Numbered from the stretch's first letter, positions 1 to 14,514 are shown. The stretch: DNA of 64,000 bases from Catajapyx aquilonaris (GCA_000934665.2 KZ538105.1:1-64000); one strand, 5' to 3'. The notes: generated by a model not told the origin, from the letters alone. Made by a program: numbers and translations.

Positions 1-1536
1 TGAAATGTGCTGCACCCGCGCCAAAGTGGTGTAGGTTGTAACTACCATATGGGTCGTAAAATTTTGGGGGGTTAAAGATATATCAATGGTGGAGTATCGC
101 CCTTTTTTAAAGTTCTTGCGTGTCCCGTTTGAGTGACAGGACAATATTTGTTTGGTGGAATTATCGGAGGACAACTATCGTTAGTATCGGCGATGGGAAC
201 GATGAATATGTATGAAGTGCAATGTTTGCTGACAATGGAATATAAGGGGAGGGTCTATAAGTTCATACAGTCAATAGCAAAAATGTTGGGACAGAAAACA
301 GTCAGTAGTTGTGAAAAAAAATAAGCGATGTTGCTGAATCTGCCACAATATAATTGTAAATAAGTAAACAAACAACGAAACAAACTATTGTCCTAAAAAC
401 CATTATCGGAAAAATCCAAAGCTAAAATCTGCCATCGAACCTGCGTACATGTTAGTGAAAACAGAAAATCCTGGCTTGCTGGCTTATTATGAATATTCAC
501 ACTAAATGCATATGAAAAGAATAATGTTACTAGTGATGTAAATAACTTAAAACCTACAAAATTGGCGGATATATCCTGCAAGTTGTCTAGGATCACTTCT
601 TAGGGCAGTTCAGCCCTTTAGTGTCCAACTTGAGCCTTAGTGGACAGTCCCAAACAAATGCAGGTTTTTGGACCTATCCCTTGCAACTTCGTATTTAATA
701 ATTCAGAAACCTATTAGGTAACGGCTAATCCTGAGTTCTGTTATCATTCCCTCTAATTAGATGATCTGCAGGTGCCGGTAGTCTAGAGTCCCAAGGGAAT
801 TCGGATTGACACTGATCTCCCTAGGGGCTCCTGCAAAGAGGATTAGAAGTACCGGATCATGTTGAGATGGAAAGCCACCCAAGAATAGAGGGACTGCCAG
901 CAGCCCGCAACGCCAACAACAGCCTGCAATTAGCCCCCTCTAATTCAGATCTGGAGGGCCAGGATGAGGCTATAATACATTGTGTGATATAAAGGTAAGC
1001 TTGGGCTGGCCTCCAGCGGGAAGTCTGGGAATCTACCTATAGCAATTAAAATTTAATAATATATTATACAGAAATAGGCTGATGTAATTCTCTTTTACTT
1101 AATTATTTAAAAATTAATTTTCTGCACTTTTGATGGAATCATGGGTCAAGCCCCACCCACGCCTGTGACGTCATTCCTCCTACGACTCCGGGAATTCCCC
1201 GGCTCGTGAATCATTTCCCTCTGGCCCCCCTCGCATAAAGCTACACCACCTTATGACAGGGCCCGAAACTGGCAAAACGGGCGTCCCCAATATTTCAGTG
1301 CTAACTTGCTGCTCCCCGAAAATACCGTCTTGAGGCCAGAATTCCAGCGGGACAGAACGGAATTCATCGAGTGTAGGCGCCGGGCGTCAGTTGGCAACCT
1401 TACTCGTACATTATGCCCCGGAGTTTGCCAGCCCAACCATAAATTGCAAAAACCTGGGGAGGGGGAGGTGGGGGGTAGCTTGTAAACCAACAGATGGCTC
1501 AACTTCTCCCCCTTTGCCCTCAGTCTCTGTCAGTGG

Positions 1537-1714
1537 ACGGGAAAAAAGCCGTACCTGCAATGAGGCTAACAGAAAACAGCCGTACCTGCAGCGAGGCTAA
1601 TGGAAATCAGGTAGCTGAGCGAGTCTAACGGAAATCAGGTGGCTGATCGAGTCTAACGGAAATCAGGTGGCTGAGCGAGGCTAACGGAAAACAGCCTTGC
1701 CTGCAGCGAGGCTA
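1537..1714. repeat. Minisatellite with two related unit types (~31 bp and ~28 bp), ~6 units
   Basis: Units AACAGAAAACAGCCGTACCTGCAGCGAGGCT and AACGGAAATCAGGTGGCTGAGCGAGTCT, in the order A-A-B-B-B-A. Confidence 0.9.
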
Positions 1715-2095
1715 TAGTTTGAGGCGCACGGTCGCAGAATTTTACCATGACGAGTACCCGACCAGTAGTGCACTGCATTGTTTATCACAAGGATGCCCTT
1801 TAATCCGGCTATTCCTTTGATCCTTCTCACACCAAGCACCCTCTCGTGGGCTGACCACCTTCTCGTGTTTTCATCGCAGGTACAGAGAGGCTGGAGGACC
1901 CCAGGACGGCGCTTCAGACCTGGAGTTGAATACATTCCGTCTCTTGTATACCGAGGGAAGGGACCTTTGAAGTTGGAAGTGGCCAGGTAGATCAGCCTAA
2001 ATGAGGGTGGGGTCATCTGGGTCCTAATCAAGCTGGGGAATCTGCCTGAGGAGTTGGGTGGTATACTGTGTCTAGACATTCTTGGCTGAGGTTGG

Positions 2096-2185
2096 GAGGA
2101 TTTTGTGGTGATGGAGAAGGATTCAACTAATAGCTATAGCGTTATAGCTATTGGTTGAATCCTTCTCCATCAACACCAGATCCTC
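2096..2185. repeat. Near-perfect 43-bp-arm inverted repeat (hairpin)
   Basis: 2109-2138 pairs with 2143-2172 with one T-G. The stem extends to 2096/2185 with 2 mismatches and one more T-G. The loop is 4 nt. Confidence 0.9.
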
Positions 2186-4339
2186 ACTGTAGCTATCCAT
2201 TATTAACAATGACATAACAATACATTAATTATTGAAAATTAAGGGCCAATATTGAAATGAATTATTAACAGTTGATGTTACGCCACAACTAATCATCTTT
2301 GTAACTGGATGGTTATTATTGTTTCTATGGTTGGTTAGTGCAGTACAGATTCTAGCTAATGTATTGGCACTAGACATCCAGCAATATGTAAATAACTGCT
2401 GCGGAAAAATATTCATAGCCAGGAATAGCACTCTGATAGTCCCAACAGATTTCTGAGAGGAAATGTACGCAACATTAACCGACTGCCCTACATTCTGATT
2501 GCACACTGCAATTACATAAATGCCTTTGCTAGCTGCAAACAATGATAATAGCATAATGAACGCACTGGTGTAATCAATGACTTCTGGGAAACGTGCACAT
2601 TAATTTTTCAACCATTGCACACATTGGTCAGCATTTACTTGCTAAGAAGCGTTTGTCTTATTGACAAACTGTTTGCATATAACAATGTGATACTGTTAAT
2701 TCATATCTTGGGTGGGCCCTTATCCTTGGTGACCTCTGAGCTCTTGTTTACAAACACACACTTTCCTTTCTAGCCTTGAGAAAATAATTAGTGCACCATC
2801 AGGTCATTGCCTCTATTACTGGTTTTATGTGTATATCTTGCCAACACCACAAGACTAGGGAGAGGTCGTCAATTGTTTTCCTAGATAACCTCACGCTGGC
2901 CCTGAATGTGGTCACTTCGGATGTTGACCGCCTGCTGACTGTGGTCGACACTTCAATCCCGTTTGTTCCTGCCTCAGACCGTGAAGCACCAATTCTGTTT
3001 AAACTGTAGTTGCTGACCGTTACATATTGACAATGTACGAATTTACTGCCGTACATACACAGTATGAAGTGTAGCAATACTGCATGGCACAACAAATAAA
3101 TGACTGAACATTATGGGCTTGAATACATGAGACTGAGCAACTGGACATATACCATGTATATTTTCCGAGTGTCAAACTTTCAGAGGGATTTCAGACTTTT
3201 TAACTGCAACATGTACTGGTAGTTTCAGATAGGCCCGCGTTATGCTAATCACCATAATTATATACCCTGTGAGCGTTCTCTCCTCCCCCCCCCCCTACGC
3301 GCACAAAAGTTGAATCTACAGACACCAATTCCCAGGACAAATTTTTCAAACTTTTCATACCAATATTGAATTTAAACAATTTTAAAAACCGGGACTGACC
3401 CATTAACCTGCTTAAAAGTTAAACTACAAACTAGTTTTAATTGATTCTAAAAAATTTGATGCACCTTGGCTCCAATTTAATTAGGCAATTGTAATGAAAT
3501 AAAAAAGGATTATCCCCAAGTATACCTGTTAATCCTGAAATATTCTCTCGGTTCATGAAGGCCTACAGGGTGGTACGCTGCACAATAATTCATGAAAAGA
3601 TTGCAAATCCCCAGCTTAAGTCGCAACAATTATTTTTCTAGGCCCGCTCCTAAAAATGACACTGCAACAATTCCCATGCTGAAGAGAGTCCAGCCGTACA
3701 ATGCGATTAGCGGCCGATTAGTCCAAGTTGTTTGTGCTGACAAGCGTCGGCCATGCATATTCACCATGGGCAGTTTCCCCCTCCCAAGGCTCGAGGGCGT
3801 CGAAGAGACAGTGGTGAGCGCCATATCAGAGGGCCCAGTGGTAACCTGCAGGCCCATAAAAGCCAGATGTGGCTTCTGCTGGCCTAATGACGTCGTCTCC
3901 AGTTTCATTTTGTGTTCCACTAGGCGTCAACAGAGGCTAACCCTGAATGCGGTTCTCTTTGTCGCAGCTCCTGGAAAACCCCCAGCCGAGCTTTTCAACC
4001 AAACACAACGAACAGTCGGGGGAACGCAGGTCTCTGGAACCATGAGGGGAAAGGGGGGCCACAAAGATTTAAAAAATCCTATCTACTGTTGCCCCCCACC
4101 CCCCTCATTGCCATCTGCCCATCCAGTAAGACCGGATTTTCTATATATCATTCTGTCGTCATTTTAAAGCATCAATATTTATTAAAATATCCATTTACAT
4201 TATTCACAGCAGCCTACTGATTATTTTATTTTATTCACATTTAATTTATCAATATTGGGTTTTAAAATTTTATTGGCATGTTCTGTATTTTACCAATATT
4301 TGTATTTTATATTATCAATATTGATTCATTAAGAAATAT

Positions 4340-4876
4340 TATATTTATTCAATTAACATCAACATGATTTATCTAATATTAATATTTTATTCAATTAACA
4401 CCAACATGATTTATCTAATATTAATATTTTATTAACTATTAATTGGTATTAATATTTTATTAACTATTAATTGGTATTAATATTTTATTAACTATTAATT
4501 GGTATTAATATTTTATTAACTATTAATGGGTATTAATATTTTATTAACTATTAATTGGTATTAATATTTTATTCTATCAATCGATATTAATATTTTATTC
4601 AATTAATTTAATTTGATATAATTGACATTTTATTCAATTAATTTAATTTGATATAATTGACATTTTATTGAATTAATTTAATATATATAATTGGCATTTT
4701 ATTAAATTAATTTAATATATATAATTGGCATTTTATTAAATTAATTTAATATATATAATTGGCATTTTATTCAAATAATTTAATTTCATATAATTGGCAT
4801 TTTATTCAAATAATTTAATTTTATATAATTGACATTTATTCAATTAATTTAATTTGACATCATTGACATTTTATTT
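4340..4876. repeat. AT-rich compound minisatellite
   Basis: Tandem TATTAATATTTTATTAACTATTAATTGG units, followed by ATATAATTGGCATTTTATTAAATTAATTTAAT-type units. Confidence 0.9.
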
Positions 4877-7022
4877 GAAATATGTGTTTAAAATATATTC
4901 AGAATGTAGCCTACTGTCTTTTAAAAATATGGTCCGGCCGGAAGGTGTCACTAGTAGGAGCCCTTTCAAATTTTCCTAATGAGGACCCCCATTGCTCGGA
5001 CCAACCCAGTAGTGTGCAGTAGTCACCCTGGCATGCTACACGCCACTTGAAGTCTCCACCCCGGATCGCATGATAATTCTTCATATTGTAGCGGAATTGG
5101 AGTCCTAAGGACCCAGTTCCTCACTCGCGTCCAACTTCTTGATTGCTGGGGAGCACCAAGAGAGGGGGGGTGCTCTCGTGTCAAATGACTCCAGGCCTAG
5201 GCGGCGATTATGATTAATCCCAGCTTCAAATTAAGCACGTATTAAATCTTACGGGAGGGTTTTTGATCCCCCAAGCACCAGGCCTCCAACTTTTGCTTTA
5301 AAAGGCAAACACGAGACTTTAGGGGACCGTTTCTTTTCTCGCCCGTATAAGAATAATCAATGCCAAGCTCTCTCTTCCCACCCCTGGGCCAGGGCCTTTT
5401 TCCCCCTTCTTGAAGTATAAAAAAAACGAGCTGGAAGAAGTTCATCTCGGTGTTCTTGCGCGTGCTGTAAACCGACTTGATTAAAGTCGACTGAATGTCT
5501 GTGATTTCTAATCTTTATGAGGCCTCTTTCATGTTATCCGACGGGGATATAACGCAAGTTTCAGGCTATATGGGGAATATGAGTAGGGGTAGGGGAAAAG
5601 GTCGACAACTGACCTCTACTTATACGTATAGTTCTATAGTGACTTGTGAGAGGATCGTATAGGCCTTGGTATAGGCTGTGATGGAGTTTAGCTTTATACA
5701 GTTAAATGGGATTAAAGTTAGCATGATTTTTTGATTTGGTAGAGTATATTCATTCCTCAATTGTTTGTGTGCAAAATGTATGCTTGTACATATTAGTTAA
5801 TAACAATTTGTTATATAGTTTATATCATTACATCATAGTTTAGATGGGTTCTCTCCCTCGGGGCTTCTTCCCGCAGTCAAAACCTATTATTACATCATAC
5901 GGTTACTTATGATATGAATTACAATATTTAATTTTTATATTAACTTATAAGTAGCTAATTAGTGTATACTAGGGTCCAGTTGGCAAAATTTGGCAAAATG
6001 GCGAAAGTGGAGAGTGGAAGGGAGAGAGACCCGCACCGCGACATCCGACGGTGATGCGCAGAAGCGAGTCGGCCCCCACCCAGCCGGTAACGCCACCCAG
6101 ACCGTAACGGCAAAAATAGGAATTCTGTGGTCGGCCATTTTTATGCATTTGCTCCTTCTTTTGAGCTTTACAAAGTTTCTCGGCACTGTTTCCAAAAAGA
6201 CAAAAGTGGTTTGCAAATATAGAAAACGCGAGCTAAATTTTGACACCACTCCCAATACTGTAGGCCGTACACAGCGGGAGGAGTTGTCTTCACAGTAGAT
6301 AGATTAGTGAAAATAAGGAGCATACTCTACCGCAATGTTAGGCTTAGTTTATCCCAAGTAACGCAATAGATCATCAACGCATTTCAGAGCCTCCATTAGG
6401 CCAATAGATATATCCAGCCAACAATAAATTATCCGTTAAAAGAGGAAGCGTGCGTGGAGATGAAAAGCATAAAGCAAGGCCATCCTTTTCAGAATATGCA
6501 TGTCGGCCATTATGATAGAAGCGATTTTTGTATCCATCGGCTGAAAAAAACAATTTTCGAATCAAACGNGGGGGTTCTCCTTTTCAGAGAGAGAAAAGCT
6601 TGCAAGGTCCCCCTTTGATCAGTCGAATTACATACAAAAGACTTTGGTGGGACGGGAAGGAAGGAGGGACCCAAGACCAGCCCTAGTCCTCACGCGATTC
6701 CTAAAAACCAGGGGCTGCCCTCTGCATGCTGGGAAATAAGGCCTTCAAGCCTCTTGCAAAAATTGGTGGGGGGTTAACAATTTTAATAGAACCGACTATA
6801 GCATGACATGTGACTATTCTGGGAGGAACAAGCAAGGGTAGCCTGAGTTGCCTATTTCGCAGCTAAAGTAGAGCATGTCTTGTAGTGCTTGACAATACTG
6901 CAATAATGGCGTGATGGATTGCTGAAAAGTGGCATGAAATACCAGTGTTGTTGGTTGGATAGTTCACACGGAGTTGGTCGTGATGGAAATACTTTTGTCG
7001 TTGTCTTCTAATGTTGGGACAG

Positions 7023-7750
7023 GGAGCATATACTACATAAGAGGCGCAAACTTCTGTCGGCGCCTTTGATGTTCGCGTCTCTCTGTTTGGGGCCGTTGCC
7101 AAGGCTGGCGGCCATATTGAAGTGTGGGGAACGCCAATGAGGTACAGTGCTGGACATATTAGCCGTCGCTGAATGTTTTTTTCCGGCGGCTGCGGCGGCG
7201 GCGTTACCTGGCAACCCTGTCCGGCGGGCCAATTCAAACATCAGCTCATGGAGAGCGCTTCCATGGTTGCCACTGTTTACAAATCGAGTGAGTGACGCGG
7301 ACGACCCAGCGACGGGTCTCTTCTGCCTGCTTACACAGTATCTGCAGTGATATGCAGGAAAAGAACGGGAAAATTATGATGTTAGAAGCAATAAGTCATT
7401 TTGGGGTCACTCACTCGATTTGTAAACAGTGGCAACAATGGAAGCGCTCTCCATGGGCTGATGTTTGAATTGGCCCGCGGACAGGGTTGCCAGGTAACGC
7501 CGACGCCGCCTCCGCCGGAAAAAAAACATTCAGCGACGGCTATTATGTCCAGCACTGTATAAATAGGGCGTTTTTGGCGGCCATGGCAACTACACGGCAA
7601 GAACACGCGCGAATCAAAGATGGCGGACCATATTTTTGCCTGTACCCTATTTATACCTCGTTGGTGTTCCCCACACTTCAAGATGGCCGCCAGCCTTGGC
7701 AACGCCCCCAAACAGAGAGACGCAGAAATCGAATGTATGTAGTATGCTCC
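7023..7750. mobile_element. Fold-back/MITE-like element (host of a nested Tc1-type MITE)
   Basis: Arms GGAGCATA(TA)CTACATA...GCCAAGGCTGGCGGCCATATTGAAGTGTGGGGAAC and GTTCCCCACACTTCAAGATGGCCGCCAGCCTTGGC...TATGTAGTATGCTCC are inverted copies. Confidence 0.8.
7145..7557. mobile_element. Tc1/mariner-type MITE, ~150-bp TIRs, TA TSD
   Basis: TA|CAGTGCTGGACAT...ATGTCCAGCACTG|TA, with arms 7145-7296 and 7406-7557. Confidence 0.9.
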
Positions 7751-8590
7751 TTGGTTGGGACACGGCTTATGTGGTAATACTATTATTTAAAATAAATGGG
7801 AAGCGCCACTGTTCTAAACCCTATTTTTACACCACACCAGGTTGTGTTATACATGTAGTAAATATTTACAACTCACTCCCCAGCTTTCACACAATGGCTG
7901 ACATTTCCACACCTATTTTTGTCCACTCTTGCACTGTTTCTAAATTTTTAAACAATGAGAACCAGAATAAAGGCTTGGCAACCACCCAATTTTTCTACGC
8001 ATTAAATAGTGTACTTTCTCAGCTTAAAATTCGTGATTGGAGCAGAGACATCTGACGTTTATTCAGCCAACTTTAGCACCATCTTGATCAAAAATGGCTG
8101 CGGACTCTGTAATTCTTGAAGTCGAGCCATATGGTCCAGAGTATATTGAATAATACAGGATTTTCCTCCCCCTTTAAAATCCCAGGGCCATAATCCAACC
8201 AGCCGGTGTTTCCAGTGTGACAGTCCTCTTGAAAGCCGCGGCAAGATATGATCCAAGTTTATTATCCTGCAAAGCTGTACTCCCCTCCTAACAAAGTACA
8301 CGGGGGAGAACGTTTTATTCGAAATTACAGATCATAACCTGGTTTGCTGTACTTTTAAAAGGGTGCCGAGAGAGGCTCGGAGATTAGTTTATGCTCCATC
8401 TAGGAAAAGGTGCTTAAGTAAGTGGGGAAGTTACGAGGCGGAGGGAAGAGTGGTTTTTTTTTTGGGGGGGGGGGGGCAATTTTTGGTAATATTGGACTAA
8501 TGTGGGAAAAGCCTAGACCATGTGGGTAATAAAAAAAGAACCAAAAGCAATAAATAAGTGCTACGAAAATAATAAAAAGTTAAAGATAGA

Positions 8591-8770
8591 ATATCAGTTA
8601 TCAAAAAGTGACTTACAAATCTGGAACACCCTGTATATTTTATTATTATTTTCAATTACTGAAAAACTAATCTATGGAACACCCTGCATGTTTTATTATT
8701 ATTTTCAATTACTGAAAAAACTAATTTGGAACACCCTGTATATTTTATTATTTTCAATTACTGAAAAAAA
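8591..8770. repeat. Tandem array (~52-53 bp x3) of a MITE terminus plus flank
   Basis: TGGAACACCCTG at 8622, 8675 and 8727. The first unit extends into the TIR sequence of the adjacent MITE. Confidence 0.85.
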
Positions 8771-8778
8771 TATATATA

Positions 8779-9004
8779 CAGGGGGTGTTCCAGATTCGTG
8801 GGTCACTTTTTGATAACTGATGTCGCCCGATAGCAGTTATTTTTTGTATGTTGTGCCCCTAACCATGTGCTACATTCTATAGCACGAATATAGCAGTATA
8901 GTTTGGGGCACATGGTTACCTAAGGGCACAACAAGTTACAAAAAATAACTGCTATCGGGCGATATCAGTTATCAAAAAGTGACCCACGAATCTGGAACAC
9001 CCTG
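8779..9004. mobile_element. Tc1/mariner-type MITE (CAGGGTG termini), TA TSD
   Basis: TA|CAGGGGGTGTTCCAGATTCGTGGGTCACTTTTTGATAACTGA...TCAGTTATCAAAAAGTGACCCACGAATCTGGAACACCCTG|TA, almost entirely palindromic. Confidence 0.9.
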
Positions 9005-12000
9005 TATAGCATTAAAATACTAATAATTAAATACATGGAATGTCAATGTGTATATATCAATAATGCAAATGATAATAAACACACACAAGTTATAAACGCC
9101 AATAAAATCAATTATGCAAATTAATAATAATGTTAATCATAATGTCTTGGGCTTAGCACACAAGAGGTGGGTATGAATATGAGTATACATTGCATATACC
9201 CTACCAGCAACTACAAGCATATGGGTATGGTATGTAGAGTGGGGCAGGGTATTTTGCGAAAATGGGAATGGCTGAAAATGCGAGGCGGTGAAACACACAT
9301 TCCGGGCTCGCAGATTGGGCCTAACAAGGGCCCGGTTAAATCTGCGAAATGTGCATCCGAGACCGTAAGAGGCAAAGGCTGGAGCGGGCATTTGTCTTCT
9401 GGCTGACATATTGCAAGCCCCGATGGGTCCAGGGGGAGTCAAAAATAAATGCTGATTGCCCGCAAGGACTGGGAGGGGAAATTTGCACACATCAGGACCA
9501 CTGGCAGCATAATCGCTCCCTGCTTGTTTCTAGTCAGGTTATCATTAGCTTAGTTAGCTGAAGGGGGGGTTTAGGAAATCCTCCATTTTGGTGCGACACT
9601 CGCCATTTTGGATCTGCATGTTGGTCATACCCCGTGAAATTCAGCATTATACTCACTTTAATTCATTATTTTTTTTCTTCAAAAAATGGTTCACTAGTAC
9701 GGATTGAGCCATATAGTGTCGCCTGGTTAATTAGCCTGAATAAGCATGTTAAAACAATCGCGCGTGTATATATTGACCAGATTTTACAATCCCTACAAAA
9801 CACGTGGCTACAATAAAAGAACCCTCTGGAAATTCTCAGAAAAGTGCTAAAAAAAACCCCTATCAAAGAACCAATTAGCTCAAATATTTTCCGCCAATTA
9901 TTAATGACTAATTCATGCAAACTGCACTTCCAGCTATACAACCGGGAGTGCAAAGTGCATACCCGTTAGGCCTACTTATAATCATTTAGTATTCTCAAAA
10001 CGGCCATATATTGACCCACAAGATAGAGTTAATTGCGACGCAATCCCGCAATCGTCATAACCCTAGCTGCCATTGCAAATAAAACTTTTTTTTTTTTCAA
10101 AAAAATAAAAGGCCCTTTTTGATGCGGTTTCCGGAATACGCGGGGACTTCAATAAGAATTCAAAATGATATAAACTAAAATAAACCACTTTCATACACTG
10201 TACACACCTTTTTGAGCCATAGTTGACCAAAACTGAGAGCATATGTGAAATACATCAAACGTTCATTAACACAGGGCATTACCCACTGCATTATGAGGCC
10301 TGGTACCCATAAATAATTTGTCCAGAACAGTACACGCCTGGAAATTCCTAACCAGACTCTCTAGGAAATAATAGCTCGGTCCTCGGGGCCAAAAGCTGGA
10401 CTATTCGCAAGTTAATTGCAGAAACCATAATAGCTGAGGTTTAGCGCCTGCAGAAATATCACTAGGTTTTCGCACAAAATTTGCTCAAAATTTCTCACAC
10501 AAAAAAAATTGCCCGGAAATCGAGGATAAGTTCCAAAATAATTATCTCCACGTGTGAATCGGGCTGGAATAAACCGCTTAAGTCTCTTTAATTACCGAAT
10601 TACACGACAGCCGTGGAATTTTTTTTTTATGAAGCTCAAAAAATATATATCCCTTTCATGCAACCAATTAGTTCCTTTCCTTTCGACACGCCTCATTCTA
10701 CATCCTACAGAAGTAAAGGTCGGCCAGGAAGTGGGGAAGGAACATAAAGAGATACCATCCTCCAGGTCCTTCATCCCCCTTTCCCGCCAATTTTTTTTTG
10801 TCCACTTTAGAGTGACATATTGAATAGAACCAACCCTCCTTCTCTGCTATATAATAATAGCCCTGTCATTTTTACTATAATCCGACCTGATATGTAATAT
10901 GACAGCAAAATATGATGGAAATATTATCTGCTCTCACTATTCGCATTTTAGGGAGGCCATATTGGGGGGGTAAGGGAAGTTGAGGGGGGTTCTTAACAAT
11001 GGCGTCCTATGTGCCTCTCAGCTCTCACAGAGCAACAAAGGGGGACCAGATCCAACCCAAATTGAATTCTTTTTTCTACGTTTCGAGTAGGTGGAAAAAA
11101 AACTTGAAGGGTAGAGGAAATGGATTGGGAGAGCTTCTGGGACAAATTTTTTGGGGGGTTTTAGGGACTGCCATAAATGGTCATAAGATCTGGTTGCAAT
11201 AATCCAGCAAATGCTAGAGTTAAGCAATACTTAGATTAAATTTATGTACTAATGTGCCGCTGACTACAAATCTGCGCTTAGAATAGCTTTTGAGATATAT
11301 CGTTTTAAAGTTTGGAACGGTTGACTAGGGGTCATTCCCATGGGCCGAAATGTTTCTAGACCATCTCGGATTTTGGTGAATAAAATGGCAGCTGTACAGA
11401 CCTATGCCATATCAAGTTTCAGCCATATTGGGCAATATGGTGGTGAGAAAAAAAATCGCGTAATTTTCGAAATAGCTGAAAATGATGCATTTTCTGGACA
11501 ATATTTTTCCGTTAGCGACCGCAAATTCCAGAATAAGTACTAAGCGTGAGAAATTATTTTAATCCCTATGCAATCATGGTTTGTAACATCCCATCACTAA
11601 AAATATTGCTGAATATGTATCTAGCCATATTTTTCACAACAATTATTTAGCTGCACAGCCACATTATGCTTCAAATAACAAAAGTTTTATCTCGCAACTC
11701 TGCACTACACTAATGCAAATGATGACTGTATAGTAACCTCTCAAAAGTCCACTTGCGCATAATAATGATTGCTGTATAATAACTGCACTTGAAATAATTA
11801 TAGTGCAACCCTGCATATGCTCACGTACCGTGGTTGAAACACTGCAGTGACCTTTCATATTGCAGACGGTTCTGTAACCAGACACGTACAGTTAGCTACA
11901 TTTTCTATAGACAAATTCTATCAATTTTCTGTGCTATCTATGTACTGTGTCCACCTCTATGTACCATCCTCTACATCCATCCAACGGCTTTCGCAGCCGC

Positions 12001-14431
12001 CGCAAAAGCCATGGAGGCAAACGCAATCCCTCGCATTTAGCCCACTGCGTTTCCGTTTCCAAATGTTGACATTTTGCACGTTAAAAGCGCAATATTTCCA
12101 GCCTGGCGTGGATACCTCGTCAGGCGGAAAGATAAACACGGGCTCCTCGTTTACTCTCACGGAACAATCACAGACGCAGATGATATACCGAAAGCGACAA
12201 CATGAAGCGTCCCCTGGATTACAAGCGCGTCACTGAGCGGGACTCAAACATTGGAGCTGGGGAAGGACCCCTAGGGCCTGTTGACAAGAAGGGGTTTATT
12301 AACACTGATCCGGGTGCGGGATAATCCGGGATCAATGGGGGGTTGAAAGATCTGCGCGGTGGATATGCGCAGATATGCGCGTGGGGTCTGCGCATCTGAA
12401 GTGGCCGCTAATGGAAAAAGATAAGGGAAAAGATTAACAGGTAGTAAATATGTTAAAGGTGGTGACGTTAATTTCCTAGACGTGATCCGTCCGCAAAATG
12501 GCCGCCGTGGCGATTATTCTGTATATATTATGGGCGGAATTAATTGGCGTTAATCTGCTGGCCTTAATGCGGTAAAGTGAGAATTTGCAAAAAAAAAAAC
12601 GTATGTTGGTGATGGTACTTTTTGCACATTTTCATTTTATGTTCTGACTCCTTTTACCAGTTACTTTTGAATAGTACGCCATAAAATGCAAACCGTGCCA
12701 GATAAATCAAGTTCATAGATTCGGCTGTAATTGACGAGTTGTGTTTTATATTTTTAAAAGTTACTTTTAAAGCTGAAAGTTGTTTCAGGTAAATTTTTTT
12801 TGGGGCCAACATGCTGTTCACATACGTATTCTTTTGTTTTAAAAAATATATAGTGAAGTTGAAGTCCAATTATCGGAAAATTTTTAACGAGTTCTTTGTT
12901 GAATACGGCATATAAAGCCTAAGTACAAAGACCCAGATAGGCATAGGCNNNNNNNNNNNNNNNNNNNNNCCCCCCCCGTTTGTTTTTGTTGCGCTTGAAA
13001 AAGTACACCCACAGGCCATAGATACTGTACATGTGTACATGATGAGGCTGTTTTTTTGTGCTCGGCTTATGAAAACAGCCAGATTTTTTTAGAGCATTAG
13101 AGATGAGATTTTATTATAATATAACTAACCATATTTAGTAATACACCCAATATGTCCTTGGAGAGGTCATATTAAAAACTTAAAGCTAAAACAGGATATA
13201 ATAAATGTTTAATTCAACACATTGTGCACCATGTTCGTTGTAAATTAATAATTAGTTGATAAAGGCGCGTAGTTGTGCATTTACAGACATAGCTGAAGGG
13301 CAAGCTGTTTTGCATAAAAGTTTTAACTAGGTTACATGAAGAACAAAAGTCTAACTTGAGCCCCCTGTAGGCCTGCAATGTTGCAAAGTAATTCCGCATT
13401 TATAAACCAACCATTTTCTTCCCATCAAAACATAAACTAACCTTTTATAACTATTATCCAACACTTTGAATAGATTTTAAAATATTAAAAACTTACAATA
13501 ACCTAGTTACATTGAACAAATGTTATTGGTTGGCTGAACCATATTAGTTCAACTTTTAAAAAATATTATTCTAAATCTATTCGGTTTGCAAATGGTGCGC
13601 TATAATCGGATTGCATTCCTGAGTTAGTTCCCACGCCGATTACTGCATAATTAAGTAATTTTCTGCACTTCTGCAACAGCACTTAATGACCCGGTTTTCT
13701 GGACAGAATATTGCTTGTTCACGCGAGCCTTTTTCTGAGTTATTGCTCCTATTAAATGTTCGTGCTTGCAGTCCACCATAAGGCTTCTGCTGCTGCTACT
13801 GAAGGAATATAAGGGAGGAGGAGGAGAATGGGGAGGAGGGTAGCAAATTGGCCGAATAAAGTATGATGGCTCAGTTATGCTGTCGATTCGGGCCAAGGTT
13901 TCGCCCGATTTTTAATGCACTTGGATCAAAAATGGATGGGACTATCAAGAATCCGTCTGGTTGGAAGGATGCAAATTTTTTGGGAGAAAAATATTGCAGA
14001 TTTGGAAATGGCACGATATGCAGATGGTAGGAAGATTTCGGTGAAAAGTGTGCTGAATAAATTTGTATGTACAGTTCTTATGGTCAGTTGTGTCCATCAA
14101 AGTGTTAGGCTCATTTTTAAGTATGCAGACACAACCTAAAAATGCTGTTTTAACAATTAGGAAATAATGTGTAAAAATAATGTATTTAATTTCTATGGAT
14201 TGCCAAATGTGCAATAGTTAGTTGATGCAACATAACTTATGACTATTTTTCAGGAATTTTTCGGATGAATCAGGACGTACCGGTAGCTGATATTTCCTAT
14301 ACAACAACAACAACAACGACAATCAGAAAGGTGCTTTCGCCTTTTTTTTTTGGTGTTTTTCTGACTGATATAAACGATATTTTTTTTAAAAAATACTTTT
14401 TTGATATATCACATAGCAGAGAAATATCATA

Positions 14432-14433
<2 letters not shown>

Positions 14434-14500
<67 letters not shown>

Positions 14501-14514
14501 TATTATTATTATTA
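14434..14514. repeat. (TTA)n microsatellite
   Basis: ~27 TTA units with one interruption. Confidence 0.97.

Noticed and set aside
1537..1714. CRISPR-like array of ~30-bp repeats (also considered for other arrays)
   Set aside because: The units are contiguous with no unique spacers, there are no cas genes, and the context is eukaryotic.
3592..4167. Longest ORF (191 aa)
   Set aside because: No recognisable domain and a composition typical of a random frame. An ORF of this length is not surprising in 64 kb.
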